64,000 bases of DNA from Chrysomallon squamiferum (GCA_012295275.1 CM022665.1:3720001-3784000), one strand, 5' to 3'; positions 1-11,835 are shown, numbered from the stretch's first letter. Notes: a model not told the origin generated them from the sequence alone. Made by a program: numbers and translations.

Positions 1-450
1 CAACGACAACAGTAATAACCTCGTTAGCAATATAAACATCAACAGTAGCAACAGCAGCTACTACAACAATAACTTTACCTAAAACATCAATAACAACAAC
101 AACAACAACAATAATAGCATCAAGAGGTACAACAATAACAGTAACGACAGCAGTAACATTATAAACAACATGAATTACAACAATAACAGCATCAACAGCT
201 ACAACAATAACAATAACGACAACAGTAACATTATAAACAATATCAACAACAACAACAATAATAGTATCCACAGTACCAATAACAACAGTAACATTATAAA
301 CATCAAAACAACATCAACAGCTACAACAATAATATCAACAACATCATTAAAAAGTAATAATAACATCATCAGCTACAACAATAGCATTATAACAATGTCA
401 ACAAAGCAAAACAATAACAATAACAACATCAACAACAAAAATAATAACGA
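1..450. repeat. Degenerate (AAC/AAT)n trinucleotide low-complexity tract
   Basis: Runs of aac/aat/agc triplets. The Asn-rich ORF 170-496 is a translation of this tract. Confidence 0.9.
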
Positions 451-1450
451 TTTATTCCCGATTCTGGCATTCCCGAATCTTGCAGTGAGAACATAACACA
501 TCTTAACTGGACACGCCAGTTGTTCCATTTCTGGCAGTTTATTACTCACCCTTACTAATTGGTGTTCCGTCACCTTAATTTATGGCCCATCACCGTAATT
601 GATGTATTTTTGTTAAACAGTATTTTGACCACAATTTGAAAGCACATTCAGTCAAACTTTACACACGAAATGTCCCAGAAAGCACTCCACCGCAAGCTGA
701 CAAATAGGAAGCCGTGTCCCGGGTACACGTGACGTACTCCAATCCCAGCTGGAAGAGCTTGTGCTTGTCTTCTGGTAGAATTTCCTGTCTCCAAATTTTA
801 CTGAGATATAACGTTAATTTCATGTCTCCAAACATTAATTTTCTTGCAGTCTCTATTCCGGCTCACCTCTGCTCTTCACTGCTCATTAAGGTTAATCTCG
901 TTAATCGCCCCATCTGTTCTTCACACATCTCGTTATCCCCATGCATCTAAATTGGCCTTAATTGCTCACTCCAGTTTTCCCATTTTAGGAAGCGGATTAG
1001 AACACCTCACCGCTTACCTAATCTGGAGACTGCCAATTTTGGGAACATACCATAATAACACCATCAACAACAATAAGAAGAACAGTAACAACAACAGTAG
1101 TAACGACATCATCAACAGCAACAAGGACAACGACAGCAATAACAACGACATCATCAACAACAACAACAAAAAAGAAAACACAGAAATGAAAAGGGAATTT
1201 ATTTTTGTTCCAGATCAGAAGAGGTTTTTAATATCCGGTAAAAATATCCCAAGAGCAAGAAGAAAGGTCCATACCAAAACATTGTAAATAAAGAGGTAAG
1301 TGAAGAAAAAGTAACATCAGTGTAAAGATACCATTGCATTATTAGTTTTAATTATTCTCTGCAGTAATAATAATAATAATAACAATAATAATGATAATAA
1401 TAATAATAATGATAATGATAATCATAATGATAATAATAATGATGATAATG

Positions 1451-1511
<61 letters not shown>

Positions 1512-1574
1512 TAATAATCATTTCAAAGGCAGACATGTGAGTATTGATAAACAAGTAGTTAGTGAAGGACTTAC

Positions 1575-1717
1575 TTAAACACGTTTTTACTTGTGTAGTT
1601 CTTTGAGGTTTTTACTTCGTTCACCAGCCGACATGATACGCCGATTATCGAATCGAAGGCGGTCACAATCCACGGATAATACTGTACCATTACATCTCGC
1701 ATTCGAAGGCCATCTTC
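1575..1717 (-). CDS. EGF-EGF-ZP protein, coding exon 5 (end of ZP-N subdomain)
   Basis: Acceptor tag|GAA at 1718/1717, donor AA|gtaagt at 1575/1574; phase 0->2. Translates EDGLRMRDVMVQYYPWIVTAFDSIIGVSCRLVNEVKTSKNYTSKNVF. The V-x-VQ...T-x-x-D...V-x-C pattern is typical of the ZP-N end. Confidence 0.85.
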
Positions 1718-2273
1718 CTAGTATAATACACATGTATATATGTATGTATGTATGTGCGTACGTACGTGTCAGTGATTATGTGTGTGCATGCGTGCATGTG
1801 GGATTGTGTATATATATATGTATGTATGAATACATCTATGTATATATCTACGTACGTAAATATGTGTGTATGTGTGTGAGTGTTTGTGTTCGTGAGCACT
1901 TGTATTCGTATGGGCATAATATTACGTTCTTAACCAACTCGCTAAAATTGTACCAGGAAGAGTTGTGTCCCTTCGTGTATCATTTGCTCAAAAAAATCAA
2001 AAAAAATCGCTTCTTTATGTACTAAACTGCGACTTATTCTGGTTTGTACCAATACTTGTAATTGGATGTAACAGACAGTATCGACATTATCTCCCTTTGA
2101 GATTTATCCTTTAACGTTTAATTAATAAAGTATAATTAATTTCACAAGATGAGTCCTTTTTGGTCCTCTTCGTCTTCTTCTTCTTCTTCTTCTTCTTAAC
2201 ATAACAGTGTATCTTACTGTATAATATAATTAGTCTTGTTTTTTTTTAAACAAACAAAAGCTCCAAGACTTAC

Positions 2274-2461
2274 AATAGTCTCTCCACCACAGTCATTTTT
2301 CGACAGTTTCAGTGCCCAGCCTTTCCTATTATCGGGCAGATCTTTTTTCGAAAACACGCAGTTTTTATCAGTTTTGTGACGGTCAATGTAGATGTTGCCT
2401 GCAAAATCTCCAGCTGGGTTCATGACAATCAGCATGGAAGTATTAGTACAGGACACTTCAT
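2274..2461 (-). CDS. EGF-EGF-ZP protein, coding exon 4 (start of ZP-N subdomain)
   Basis: ttattcag|AT acceptor, ATT|gtaagt donor; 188 nt, phase 1->0. YEVSCTNTSMLIVMNPAGDFAGNIYIDRHKTDKNC...DCGGETI matches the ZP-N start motif (C-x3-M...F-x-G-x-I-Y...C). Confidence 0.9.
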
Positions 2462-2559
2462 CTGAATAAAGTAAAGAGTACTCAAAATAAATAAATGATA
2501 GAAAATTTGATCATATATGAATGTTTACATATACTAAACAGTGTAAGTATACATACGCA

Positions 2560-2753
2560 AACATATATATATATATATATATATATAAATTCACGCATAC
2601 ACATAAGTATACACACATACATAAACACATATGAACACACACACATATATACCGATACACACACATTGAATCATACACACACATGCATGAATACGTACAT
2701 ACATACATACAAACATACACACATACAAACACACACATAATACATATATACAT

Positions 2754-2788
<35 letters not shown>

Positions 2789-2883
2789 TACATACATACA
2801 TACATACATACATACATACATACATACATACATACATACATACATACATACATACATACATACACACACATACATACATACAC
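2560..2883. repeat. (TA)n/(CATA)n/(CA)n compound microsatellite in an EGF-ZP intron
   Basis: Directly visible; explains the MYVC/HTYI ORFs. Confidence 0.95.
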
Positions 2884-2960
2884 TGATATTATTAAATATA
2901 TACACAGGCACGATAATAAAGACCCAAATGGTCAGCCATACTTTTCTACTTTCCACTTAC

Positions 2961-3092
2961 ATCGTTTTGTCATGCAGTCGTCACCGTAGGAGTCGACTGA
3001 ACAGTAGCAGTGTCTCTTACTGTTGTGAACGTAACACTGACTGTCTTCAGCACTACACGGATCTATTAAACACGTTTCACTCTTCGTCTCTT
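2961..3092 (-). CDS. EGF-EGF-ZP protein, coding exon 3 (EGF-like domain 2)
   Basis: tgtttcag|AA acceptor, T|gtaagt donor; 132 nt, phase 1->1. TCLIDPCSAEDSQCYVHNSKRHCYCSVDSYGDDC gives six-Cys EGF spacing. Absent from the ORF track in this frame. Confidence 0.9.
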
Positions 3093-3213
3093 CTGAAACA
3101 CAGATTATTAGATAGCGTATGAAAAAAAAAAAAAATTACTGAATCAGGATATCCGATTGAAAGTGTGATAACTATATCATTTGATCAACGTTCTAATAAT
3201 AATCGGCCAAACT

Positions 3214-3214
<1 letters not shown>

Positions 3215-3298
<84 letters not shown>
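3215..3298. repeat. (CT)n microsatellite
   Basis: About 40 perfect CT units. Confidence 0.97.
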
Positions 3299-3302
<4 letters not shown>

Positions 3303-3507
3303 GTATATAACTTGTTACTTTAACAGTAAATTTACAGAGAATAACGACATCTAAGCTCACACTTATAACTATAAAAAATGAATATATTTTGCTGTTTTAT
3401 CAATGTAATATAATTACTTTTATGAAGACCTTAATTATATTTAGGTCGCTTTACAAATGTCTCTGATAAAAAGAAAGTATTTGTAAAAGTTATTTTTAAA
3501 TATCTTG

Positions 3508-3757
3508 ATGTTGAGGATCCTTTATCCGAAACTCCGAAATCCGAAACTGTTTCGATTAGCGGAAATAGCGATGATTATCTTGCAGTTTTCGGACTGTTTT
3601 GCACTCAAAAACTTTATTTTATATACAGAATTATCAGAAATAAAATCAATGAAACACAAACTGATTTCATGTTTTGACTTAGATCATATTCTCAGGCTGT
3701 CTCCTTATATTCCGAAATCCGAAACATTTTCCGTCATAAATATTTCGGATAAACCTG
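3508..3757. mobile_element. Decayed pogo/Tigger-like (Tc1-mariner superfamily) MITE, ~250 bp
   Basis: Inverted repeats tttatccgaaa (3521-3531) and tttcggataaa (3743-3753), with internal ccgaaatccgaaa repeats at both ends. The ends gttgag.atcc.ttatccgaaa and aacctg resemble Tigger4/MER46 termini as I recall them. TSD not preserved. Confidence 0.6.
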
Positions 3758-3758
3758 A

Positions 3759-4010
3759 GAGTTACTTTATAAATATGCTTATCTAGAAAGTAATACGTTA
3801 CTTTATAAATGTTCTGATAAAAATATAATGAGTAACTTAATACATTTTGCGGATCATGAAATTAATACGTGACTTTATAAATGTCCCAGCTTAAGAAAAT
3901 AATACGTTACTTTATAAATAATACGTTACTTGATCGAGAAGGCAGTACGTTACTTTGTAAATGACAAGGGTAATATGATACGTTATCAATATGGCTGATA
4001 AAAAGGTAAT
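3759..4010. repeat. Degenerate tandem array with core taatacgttactttataaat (~6-7 copies)
   Basis: Core or near-core copies at ~3760, 3791, 3863, 3900, 3919, 3945 and 3978. Confidence 0.75.
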
Positions 4011-4315
4011 ATTGATTTAGCAATAAAAAATACAATGGGTAGCAGATTATAATCACAGAAACGATTGTTCTAGCTTCTGAGATTTCAGAAAAGCTTTTTT
4101 TTTTTTTTTTACATTATTATTATTATTATTATTAATAACAGAAGAATAACAACAACAACAACCAAAAATCAAATAAAAATAACTTTAAAAAAACACAAAC
4201 AAAAAACAAAAACAAACAAACCAAAAAACACAACAAAAAAAGAAAAACTATATAAAGAATATATTCAGCTATTTTTACAGCGTCTCCTTGTAAAACAAAA
4301 AGAAACATTACACAC

Positions 4316-4438
4316 CTAAAACCAAGCCGCAGTTGTAGCCGCTGTATACACCTTCGGTGCAGTTACAAACACCGTTTCTCGAGCATTTCTGACCGTTGAC
4401 GCAGTCCTGGCCAGCTCTCAGACAGTTAAAATAAGGAC
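4316..4438 (-). CDS. EGF-EGF-ZP protein, coding exon 2 (EGF-like domain 1)
   Basis: ttctcacag|GT acceptor, G|gtgtgt donor; 123 nt, phase 1->1. GPYFNCLRAGQDCVNGQKCSRNGVCNCTEGVYSGYNCGLVL resembles the first EGF of molluscan EGF-like domain-containing shell proteins. Confidence 0.9.
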
Positions 4439-5127
4439 CTGTGAGAAAGAAGACATGTTTTAGTTCAGTAACACGCTCAGTATAGTTCTGGTTCACGGTT
4501 TTCACGGTGTTGTGTGTATGTGTGTGTTTAAGAATAGCACAGACGCTGAGAAAAGAAACGGGTCTGTTTCCCTCACGATGAGTTTCACTTTTTTTCTGTT
4601 AAAGAAAACTGCTGCAAATTTATTATTACTGTAAATTTAGCTTTAATGTTCTAATATGTGTCCGTAACAAGACTCTTTTTGAAATGAGCGGGGCAAAAAA
4701 AAAAAAAAAAAAAAAAAATTGGGGCGAGGGGCTTGTGAGGGGGGGGGGGGTCCTTGAAAGGCGCAAAAATCTTGATTCTAGATATTTCCTGGCATCTTTT
4801 TCCTTGTTCAGTAATCACAACCGTGGACATAAACGAATTCATTCAGTGGATATCGTTTCTATCGGAATAAAGTTTTTTAATATTTATTATTTTTTTAAAA
4901 TAAAATCTTTGAATATATATATATCGTCAATTTCGGTGTGAGATATTTGCCTCTTTTGCCTCATAGTTGTAACAACTAGTATACATATTTACTACAAACA
5001 ACTTCATACATTATATATATATTCTTTAATAATTACGAATACTGATTAAAAAATAAAATAATGATAAAAAAATAAAAATAAAAATAAAAATAAAAATCTT
5101 TTTAATGAAAATGTTACATATACATAC

Positions 5128-5203
5128 CAATGTCATTAGACAGTGTTACGCTAATTAGACCAAACGAGATCAGACAGACGAAAGCGGCTTTTCCTGGTAC
5201 CAT
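5128..5203 (-). CDS. EGF-EGF-ZP protein, coding exon 1 (signal peptide)
   Basis: ATG at 5203-5201; MVPGKAAFVCLISFGLISVTLSNDI is a hydrophobic signal peptide. The G|gtatgt donor is phase 1, matching exon 2. Confidence 0.85.
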
Positions 5204-5798
5204 AGTTTTATATTATTATTATTATTATTATTATAATTCACCAGAGCACTGAAATAACTAAGCTCTTTCTTTCACTCTGTGTGGATATTGAATAAGTTAC
5301 ACAGCCTTCAGATCGCTCAGAGTTTAACTGACATATGACAAATTCACAGACGATTCAACACCCTGGATCAATAACTTTAAAAACAAAAACAAATATATTT
5401 AGCATAAATATAGTCTAAATATATGAATAAAGATAATGACGTCGATCACGAATATGACACAATAATGATAATTATGATGATGGCTGATAGAAAAAAGAAA
5501 TAATTATTCCGCGACCCACGACATCAAAAGTTTTCGGTATTAACGACGAAAAATGTCATGTTATATTTAATACATGGACATCTGTGATACGTCAAAGTAT
5601 ACTTCTACGCATATTTCTTTTTTGCAGACATATGAAGGTTGTTTGTGTCTGAGATATATTCCAGAATTGATCGCTCAAGTTAAAACGCGCGTACATTAAT
5701 GTTTATTAAAGCATTGTATGTTTTAAAACGTTCTGAGCTGTTTTTGATGAATACCGTTTTGCTTTTGTTATACACAAACACAAATGATCAAACACACA

Positions 5799-5846
<48 letters not shown>

Positions 5847-5930
5847 CATTTTTTAAAGTGTACGTTTGGTAATATGTAGAAATAGTGCATGGTTCCATTT
5901 TATGTTTTATATAGATCTTGCCATCTAAAT

Positions 5931-5974
<44 letters not shown>

Positions 5975-6001
5975 TTTATCAAATTAAAATAGAAAATACA
6001 A

Positions 6002-6066
<65 letters not shown>

Positions 6067-7126
6067 ACAAATTACGCACACACACACACATATAAAAAAC
6101 AAAACACACGCACAAAAAAGCTTAGTGGAACAAAAAGTCACCAATGGCTGAGTAACCGTACAAACCTTCAGTTCACTTCGCTTGTCCCGCTTGTTTCCAC
6201 CATTTTCCACCTGTTCAACACTACCCTCTGCGGAAATGTTGAAGAAAATTACTTTATTAAGGTTTCTTATTCTTTGGAACTTTTAAATTTAAATTTCTAG
6301 ACAGTGAATGAAATGATTTGGTTTTGTAAGCATCTTTTTCTTCGTTTTTTTTTTTAGAGTGTTGTCCCTGAAAAATGATTCAATAGTTTTTTTTTTTTTT
6401 TTTCGAATTAAATGTTTTAATGTTAATTCTAAACATGTAAACATATTAATTGTGGTGTTCTAATTAATCGAGTATTGAAATTGTGAGGAGTTATTTCCCT
6501 TCAGATTTAATGTTTTCTTTAATTTCTTCTTGTTTTTATTTATTACTATTTATTTATTATAATTAATGTTGTTTTTATTTTTGTTGTTATTTATTTATTA
6601 ATTTATTTATTTTATTATATTTTATTTTTATTTTTATTTTTATTTTTATTTTTATTTTATCTTATTCTTATTCTTATAGCATGTGTTAATTACAGGCATT
6701 CACATACCAAGAACGAACACGCACGTGAGAACGACGCACCAAGGGAAGGATTTAGTTTCTAAATATATCACGACCTATTTTAATAAGAAGAGTGCTTCCG
6801 AACTTCCGACTCTGAAATGAAAGCCACCTGGCCCTTAAATCACATCTCTTGAACATTACTGGTGTGCGTATTAGCCACGTAATAATAAGAAAGTTTACAT
6901 ATGACTCATCAAGCAGTGACTGCTTCTCCTCAAACCGAGGTAATGGGTGTAATACAGGATATGATGTTTTTAAGAACGTAGTTGGTTCACAGCTGTATTT
7001 AAAACTGAACACAGAACAGGCTATACCGGGTTTATGACGATTATAAATATGGAGGAGAACTGCAGATTTACGAGGTGAAAGGAGAACGTTGATGAATGTA
7101 TGGCTGAGTAAGGAAGTGAGGGAAAG

Positions 7127-7192
<66 letters not shown>

Positions 7193-7444
7193 AAGGAGAT
7201 AGAGAGATACCAGGCAGAAAAATAGATAGGAAAATTAAGATTGGGTGTCATATATACTTCGGGGAAAAAAATAAATAAAAATAAATAAAGACAGATAGGT
7301 AAACATAAATAAAACAAATGAAGAGGAAGGTAAATAAGTAGAAAATTATTTAGCCCACTAACTTACAATTTTAAGAGAAGTAATCTTACTTAAAATATAC
7401 CACTGGATATTACAATGTATCTGCATAACCCCTTTTTCAGTAAT

Positions 7445-7542
7445 GGACTTTTCCAAAACCGGATACAATGACGTAAACGGCTACCGTCCCTTATTGACAA
7501 GAAAAGCAGATCTTATCACAATCCAATTTAATAGTTTATAAA
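7445..7542 (+). promoter_or_regulatory. Candidate TLR-A core promoter: kB-like, CRE-like and TATA elements
   Basis: ggacttttcc 7445-7454, tgacgtaa 7469-7476 and tataaa 7537-7542, followed ~65 nt later by a splice donor. Confidence 0.5.
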
Positions 7543-7564
7543 CAATACAACTTCTGACAGCATC

Positions 7565-7607
7565 GTATACAAAGTCACAGCAGAAAACAACTGTTATTTT
7601 AGAAAGG
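7565..7607 (+). other. Candidate non-coding first exon of TLR-A (intron 7608-8476)
   Basis: Donor aagg|gtaaga at 7607/7608 and acceptor ttcttgtttcag at 8476, 4 nt before the ATG. The start coordinate is estimated from the TATA position. Confidence 0.55.
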
Positions 7608-7651
7608 GTAAGACACAGTAATATCTATATATATTTATAATTAACATATAA

Positions 7652-7717
<66 letters not shown>

Positions 7718-8480
7718 AATCTATCTATCTATCTATCTATCTATATATTAAGTTGTATACAATTTGTTTTTATTAAAGTCCTTTGAAAATACTGAGTTTC
7801 AAAGGTGTGTGATATATTTTATATTATTTTTCTCGTATTCGGACATTTAGTTTATTGAATTGTAGAAAAAAATCTCAAAACGTATACCTATTATCGTATG
7901 AGTCATCATACATAAGCATTTTATATTCATCACTGTAGTTATCTAATTATTTTAATTTTTATTTACACACCAGCCTTTTCTAATAATAAAGTGCATTAAA
8001 ATTCATGTATCTAAAAATATATCTTGGCATTTTAAAAATGGAGTTTTTGCCGTATCTTCTGAATAGGATTTTTGTAACAATAAAATTTGAAATAAAACAA
8101 TCTACTTATTTATTACCTTAGATATTTATACCTTATTCTTATCAAAGATTGTTACAAATAACGAAATAAATCATTTACATTATGGTAACTATAATGTATT
8201 TATTCGTAGAATACAATTAAAATACTTTTCGGTACAGACCTATTTGTTCTGAAGTTTCTTTTACATCGTCAGGCAAAAAATACAACTATAATCAAGTATA
8301 ATCAATTTAATAAATTAGTATTGTCGATTATCAGTTTAATTCCAGATAAAACAGCATTCTTAATACAAATTAGATATTTCTTAAATAAAACAGAAGTGTC
8401 TTCACTTTAAATGTCTTTCTTTTAATCTTCTGGCTTGTATAAAAGTACATTAACTAACAAAAACTTCTTGTTTCAGAATT

Positions 8481-11400
8481 ATGATAATGACACTTATTGT
8501 GGAAAAATTATTTCAAGGACTAAAAATTATTTTATTGTTAATAACGATTTATAAATTTTGCTACGGACAAATTCGTTATATTAACTCCGCCTGTGAATAC
8601 CCTGGTTGCAAATGTAAACAATTAGTGTGGGATCGTCGTAGTTTCAGTATGGACTGCACAACATCATCGTCTGATGCAGTAATCCTTCCGAGAAATCGTT
8701 CCATAAATATCGTTCATTTGTCGATATACTGTATTGAGAATACCAATCTGACTGACCTACTTCAGAACATTCGACACGACCTAGCGTTTTTAAAGTCCTT
8801 GACCTTGATGAACTGTCAGTCACCGCTGTACGACATCATTAATGTTGGGAAATTACAAAAACTGAATAATCTTACAATAAAAGATGGAGGAGAAAATCTT
8901 TCTGATAGATACAAACTAAATTTGGGTCTGGCTAATGCTAGTGAACTTATGTTTCTGACCATATCAGATTCGCTGCTCACGGAAGTACCTTCTCTTTGTT
9001 CTCTTCCTCAGCTCACATCTCTCAACCTATCTGGGAACCTTTTAAAATCATTCACCAGTCCGTACAGAACGTGTCAAGGAATCTCGAAATCAAAGTTGAA
9101 ATTCCTTGATTTGAGTAGAAATCGAATCGCATATATAGAACCATTGAGAGTGTTGTCTCTAACTGACCTATATCTCGGATCTAATTTTCTCGACCAGACG
9201 GATTTCACAGCTTTTTCTAATCTTACAGAACTCAGGACGTTAGATATATCAAACAATTCCATAACAGCGTTACCAGACAGTTTGTTAATTAATAATAAGA
9301 ACCTTCGTGTTGTTAAACTGTCCTTCAACTTCATCGCAGTTCTTCACAAGACGTCTTTCGCAGGCTTCACAAAACTGGAACACCTAGACCTGTCGCACAA
9401 CAACCTCACAAGCATTGAAAGTGGAATTTTTGAAGAACTCGGAAACGTTACACGGTTGGATTTAGGATGTAATTCGTTGACTGTCCTTCCATACGACATC
9501 TTTGATCCGCTTGATATCTTTACAGCGCCTTGATCTGAAGAACAACAGTTTGACAGAGGTACCATCACTGACGAGTCTTTCGTCGCTGGAAGTACTTAAT
9601 TTGAGGAATAACAAAATCGAGAGGTTAGCACGAAACACGTTCAAGTCGTTGACGTCTCTCCAAGGTATTGGACTTAGGGGTAACTCACTAAGAGTTATGG
9701 AGTTTGATACTTTTGATTTTTCTCCTCAACTTGCCATTGTTGATTTATCTTACAACAATATCAGTTCTCTGGTGGATGGGATGAATACCAAGAAGGTACT
9801 TTCCAATTTGGCGCAAGTGTTTTATCTTCGTCTGGATAACAATCGGATAGAGGACGTATCCATTATAGGAGTCCATTTTGTGAATTTAAACTTCTTGTTT
9901 CTTGATAACAATAAAATCAAAATTGTTCCCAAAAACAGTCTCCCGAACACGCTGAACATAGTAAGCTTGTCTGATAACAGTATCTTTAAAATTGAAATAC
10001 ACACGTTTAAATATATGAAGCAGTTACAGACTGTTACACTTCACAATAACAGTCTGTCAACACTACCGCAGTTGTCGGTGGAAGTCCATCCCAGACTGGA
10101 ACCCAAACCTAAGTTTTACATTGGCAGAAATATATTTTACTGCGATTGCAACATGGCCTATCTTAAAGCCTGGGATACAGCTCATACTCGCATTCGAGCT
10201 TTACATTCATACTACCCTGATTTCTCTGACCTTGATTATGTTTACTGTACCACGGTATACAGCAAGGAAATAACCAGATTTCGAGATGTCCCAATGTCTC
10301 AGTTTGCTTGCGAGTACATCCTTGGTAGATTCTGTGACCACGGCTGCGAGTGTTGCTTGGAACCCAACTGTTCTTGTGATTACGTATGTCCAGACAAATG
10401 TACTTGTTATCACGCTGGATCTCGATGGACGAATGAGATTTATGATAAAACTGACTGTGATAACAGATCCTTATCAAAGATTCCAGAAAACATCCCTCTT
10501 TCAACAACTCTTCTTTATCTAGGTAACAATGATGTTCACATATTGTCACCTAAATCGTTTTCGCTCTTGAATAAAGTTCGATGTTTGTTTTTAAATCACA
10601 GTGGGATTCAACATATCGACATTGCCACCTTACGAGGAATGAATAAACTTGTTTTTATATATCTAGATCATAATTCGATTTCAGAAATTTTGAATGGATC
10701 CTTTACTGGGCTTCAAAATCTGAAAGAATTACATCTTGAAAACAATAAAATATCATACATAGAAGACGAAGCATTCAGCATGTTAAAGTCTCTGAGATAT
10801 CTTTTTCTAGAAAATAATTGTTTGAACACAATATCTTCTAGCATTTTCAGTTCCCTCGAGCATCCTCCTGTCATTACGCTTATGGGCAACCCATGGTCTT
10901 GCTACTGTCAGTCTATGGCGGTTTTGAAACAGTTCATGAACCAGTACGGCTCATTGGTGCAAAGAGCACATGAGCTACGTTGTGATTGGCTGCTGAATAA
11001 AACGTCAGGAGCTGTTCAAAATTATAGTTTTCAGAATGACTATAGACCAAGCATTCTTGTTCTGGAATACAACTACGACATAGAATGCTCTGACAACGCC
11101 ACTGTCACTGTCTTTGTAAAACGAGTTCTAGACAACGGCAGACATGTTGCAGCCCTCGTCAGTCTAATAGTCGTAGTTGTACTTTTACTGTCTGCCTTAA
11201 CAGTCGCCTACTGGAAAAGGCGAGAACTCCAAGCACTGGTGTTCGTTCGTTTTGGTGTAAGAATTGTCGACAAAAATAAGAACATAAACGAAGCAGGTAG
11301 AAAATACGACGCGTTCCTTTCTTACAGCAGCAAAGATGAACACATCGTTGTTCACGAATTAGCGCCCAAGCTGGAAGGAGGAGGCAACCCGTACAAACTG

Positions 11401-11835
11401 TGTTTACATTACAGGGACTTCCCCGTCGGCGAATGCATTGCCGACACCATCGTCAACAGCATTGAAGACAGCAAAAGAACATTAATGCTTCTTTCGGAAA
11501 ATTTCTTAGGAAGCGAATGGTGTAGGTACGAATTCCAAACAGCACATCACCACGTTCTGAAAGAAAACACACACAGACTTATCATGGTACTGCTGCACGA
11601 TCTGGACCCAGCTCGCGTAGATCCAGATCTGCGGGTGCACCTAAAAGACGGAAACTATCTCAGGTACAACGACCCGTGGTTCTGGGAGAAACTGTATTTT
11701 GCTTTGCCCGATCGCAAAGCAGAGCTACTGGCACGTCCTGACGACGGGATTGAAGACAATGACGACGATGTCTTCTATCCTGATGATCACGATAACATTA
11801 GACAAGATGAATTACACGAGGAACATAGATTATAA
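8481..11835 (+). CDS. Toll-like receptor A, multiple-cysteine-cluster (Toll/Tollo-like) type; ~1117 aa if one extra base at ~9510-9513 is removed
   Basis: ORFs 8481-9533 and 9502-11835 together give signal peptide, LRRNT, LRRs, LRRCT (NIFYCDCNM), internal Cys cluster (CDHGCECCLEPNCSCDYVCPDKCTC), LRRs, LRRCT (NPWSCYC), TM (~11143-11214) and TIR (YDAFLSYS...LCLHYRDFPVG...SEWCRYEF...WFWEKL, ~11302-11709). Removing 1 nt joins FDP to LISLQRLDLKNNSL and restores a 24-aa LRR. Confidence 0.93.

Noticed and set aside
1214-1295. Plus-strand exon-like segment (ttgttccag...gag|gtaagt)
   Set aside because: All three frames contain stops and I find no partner exons. At most it is an antisense non-coding exon.
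170-1554. Asn-rich and Ile-rich ORFs (and the similar ERER, SLSL, MYVC, HTHT and poly-F/K ORFs throughout the window)
   Set aside because: These are translations of microsatellites and homopolymers.
6690-7110. Possible coding exon between EGF-ZP and TLR-A
   Set aside because: No sustained frame, no recognisable domain and no matching splice pair.
9447-9525. Small intron rescuing the TLR-A frame via the tctttacag acceptor at 9525
   Set aside because: The best nearby donor (gtaatt at 9469) gives 57 nt and does not change frame. The frame-restoring GT at 9447 is a poor donor and would break the LRR consensus.
9502-11835. Independent 777-aa gene
   Set aside because: It starts at TTG mid-LRR, has no signal peptide, and is the direct continuation of the upstream ORF.
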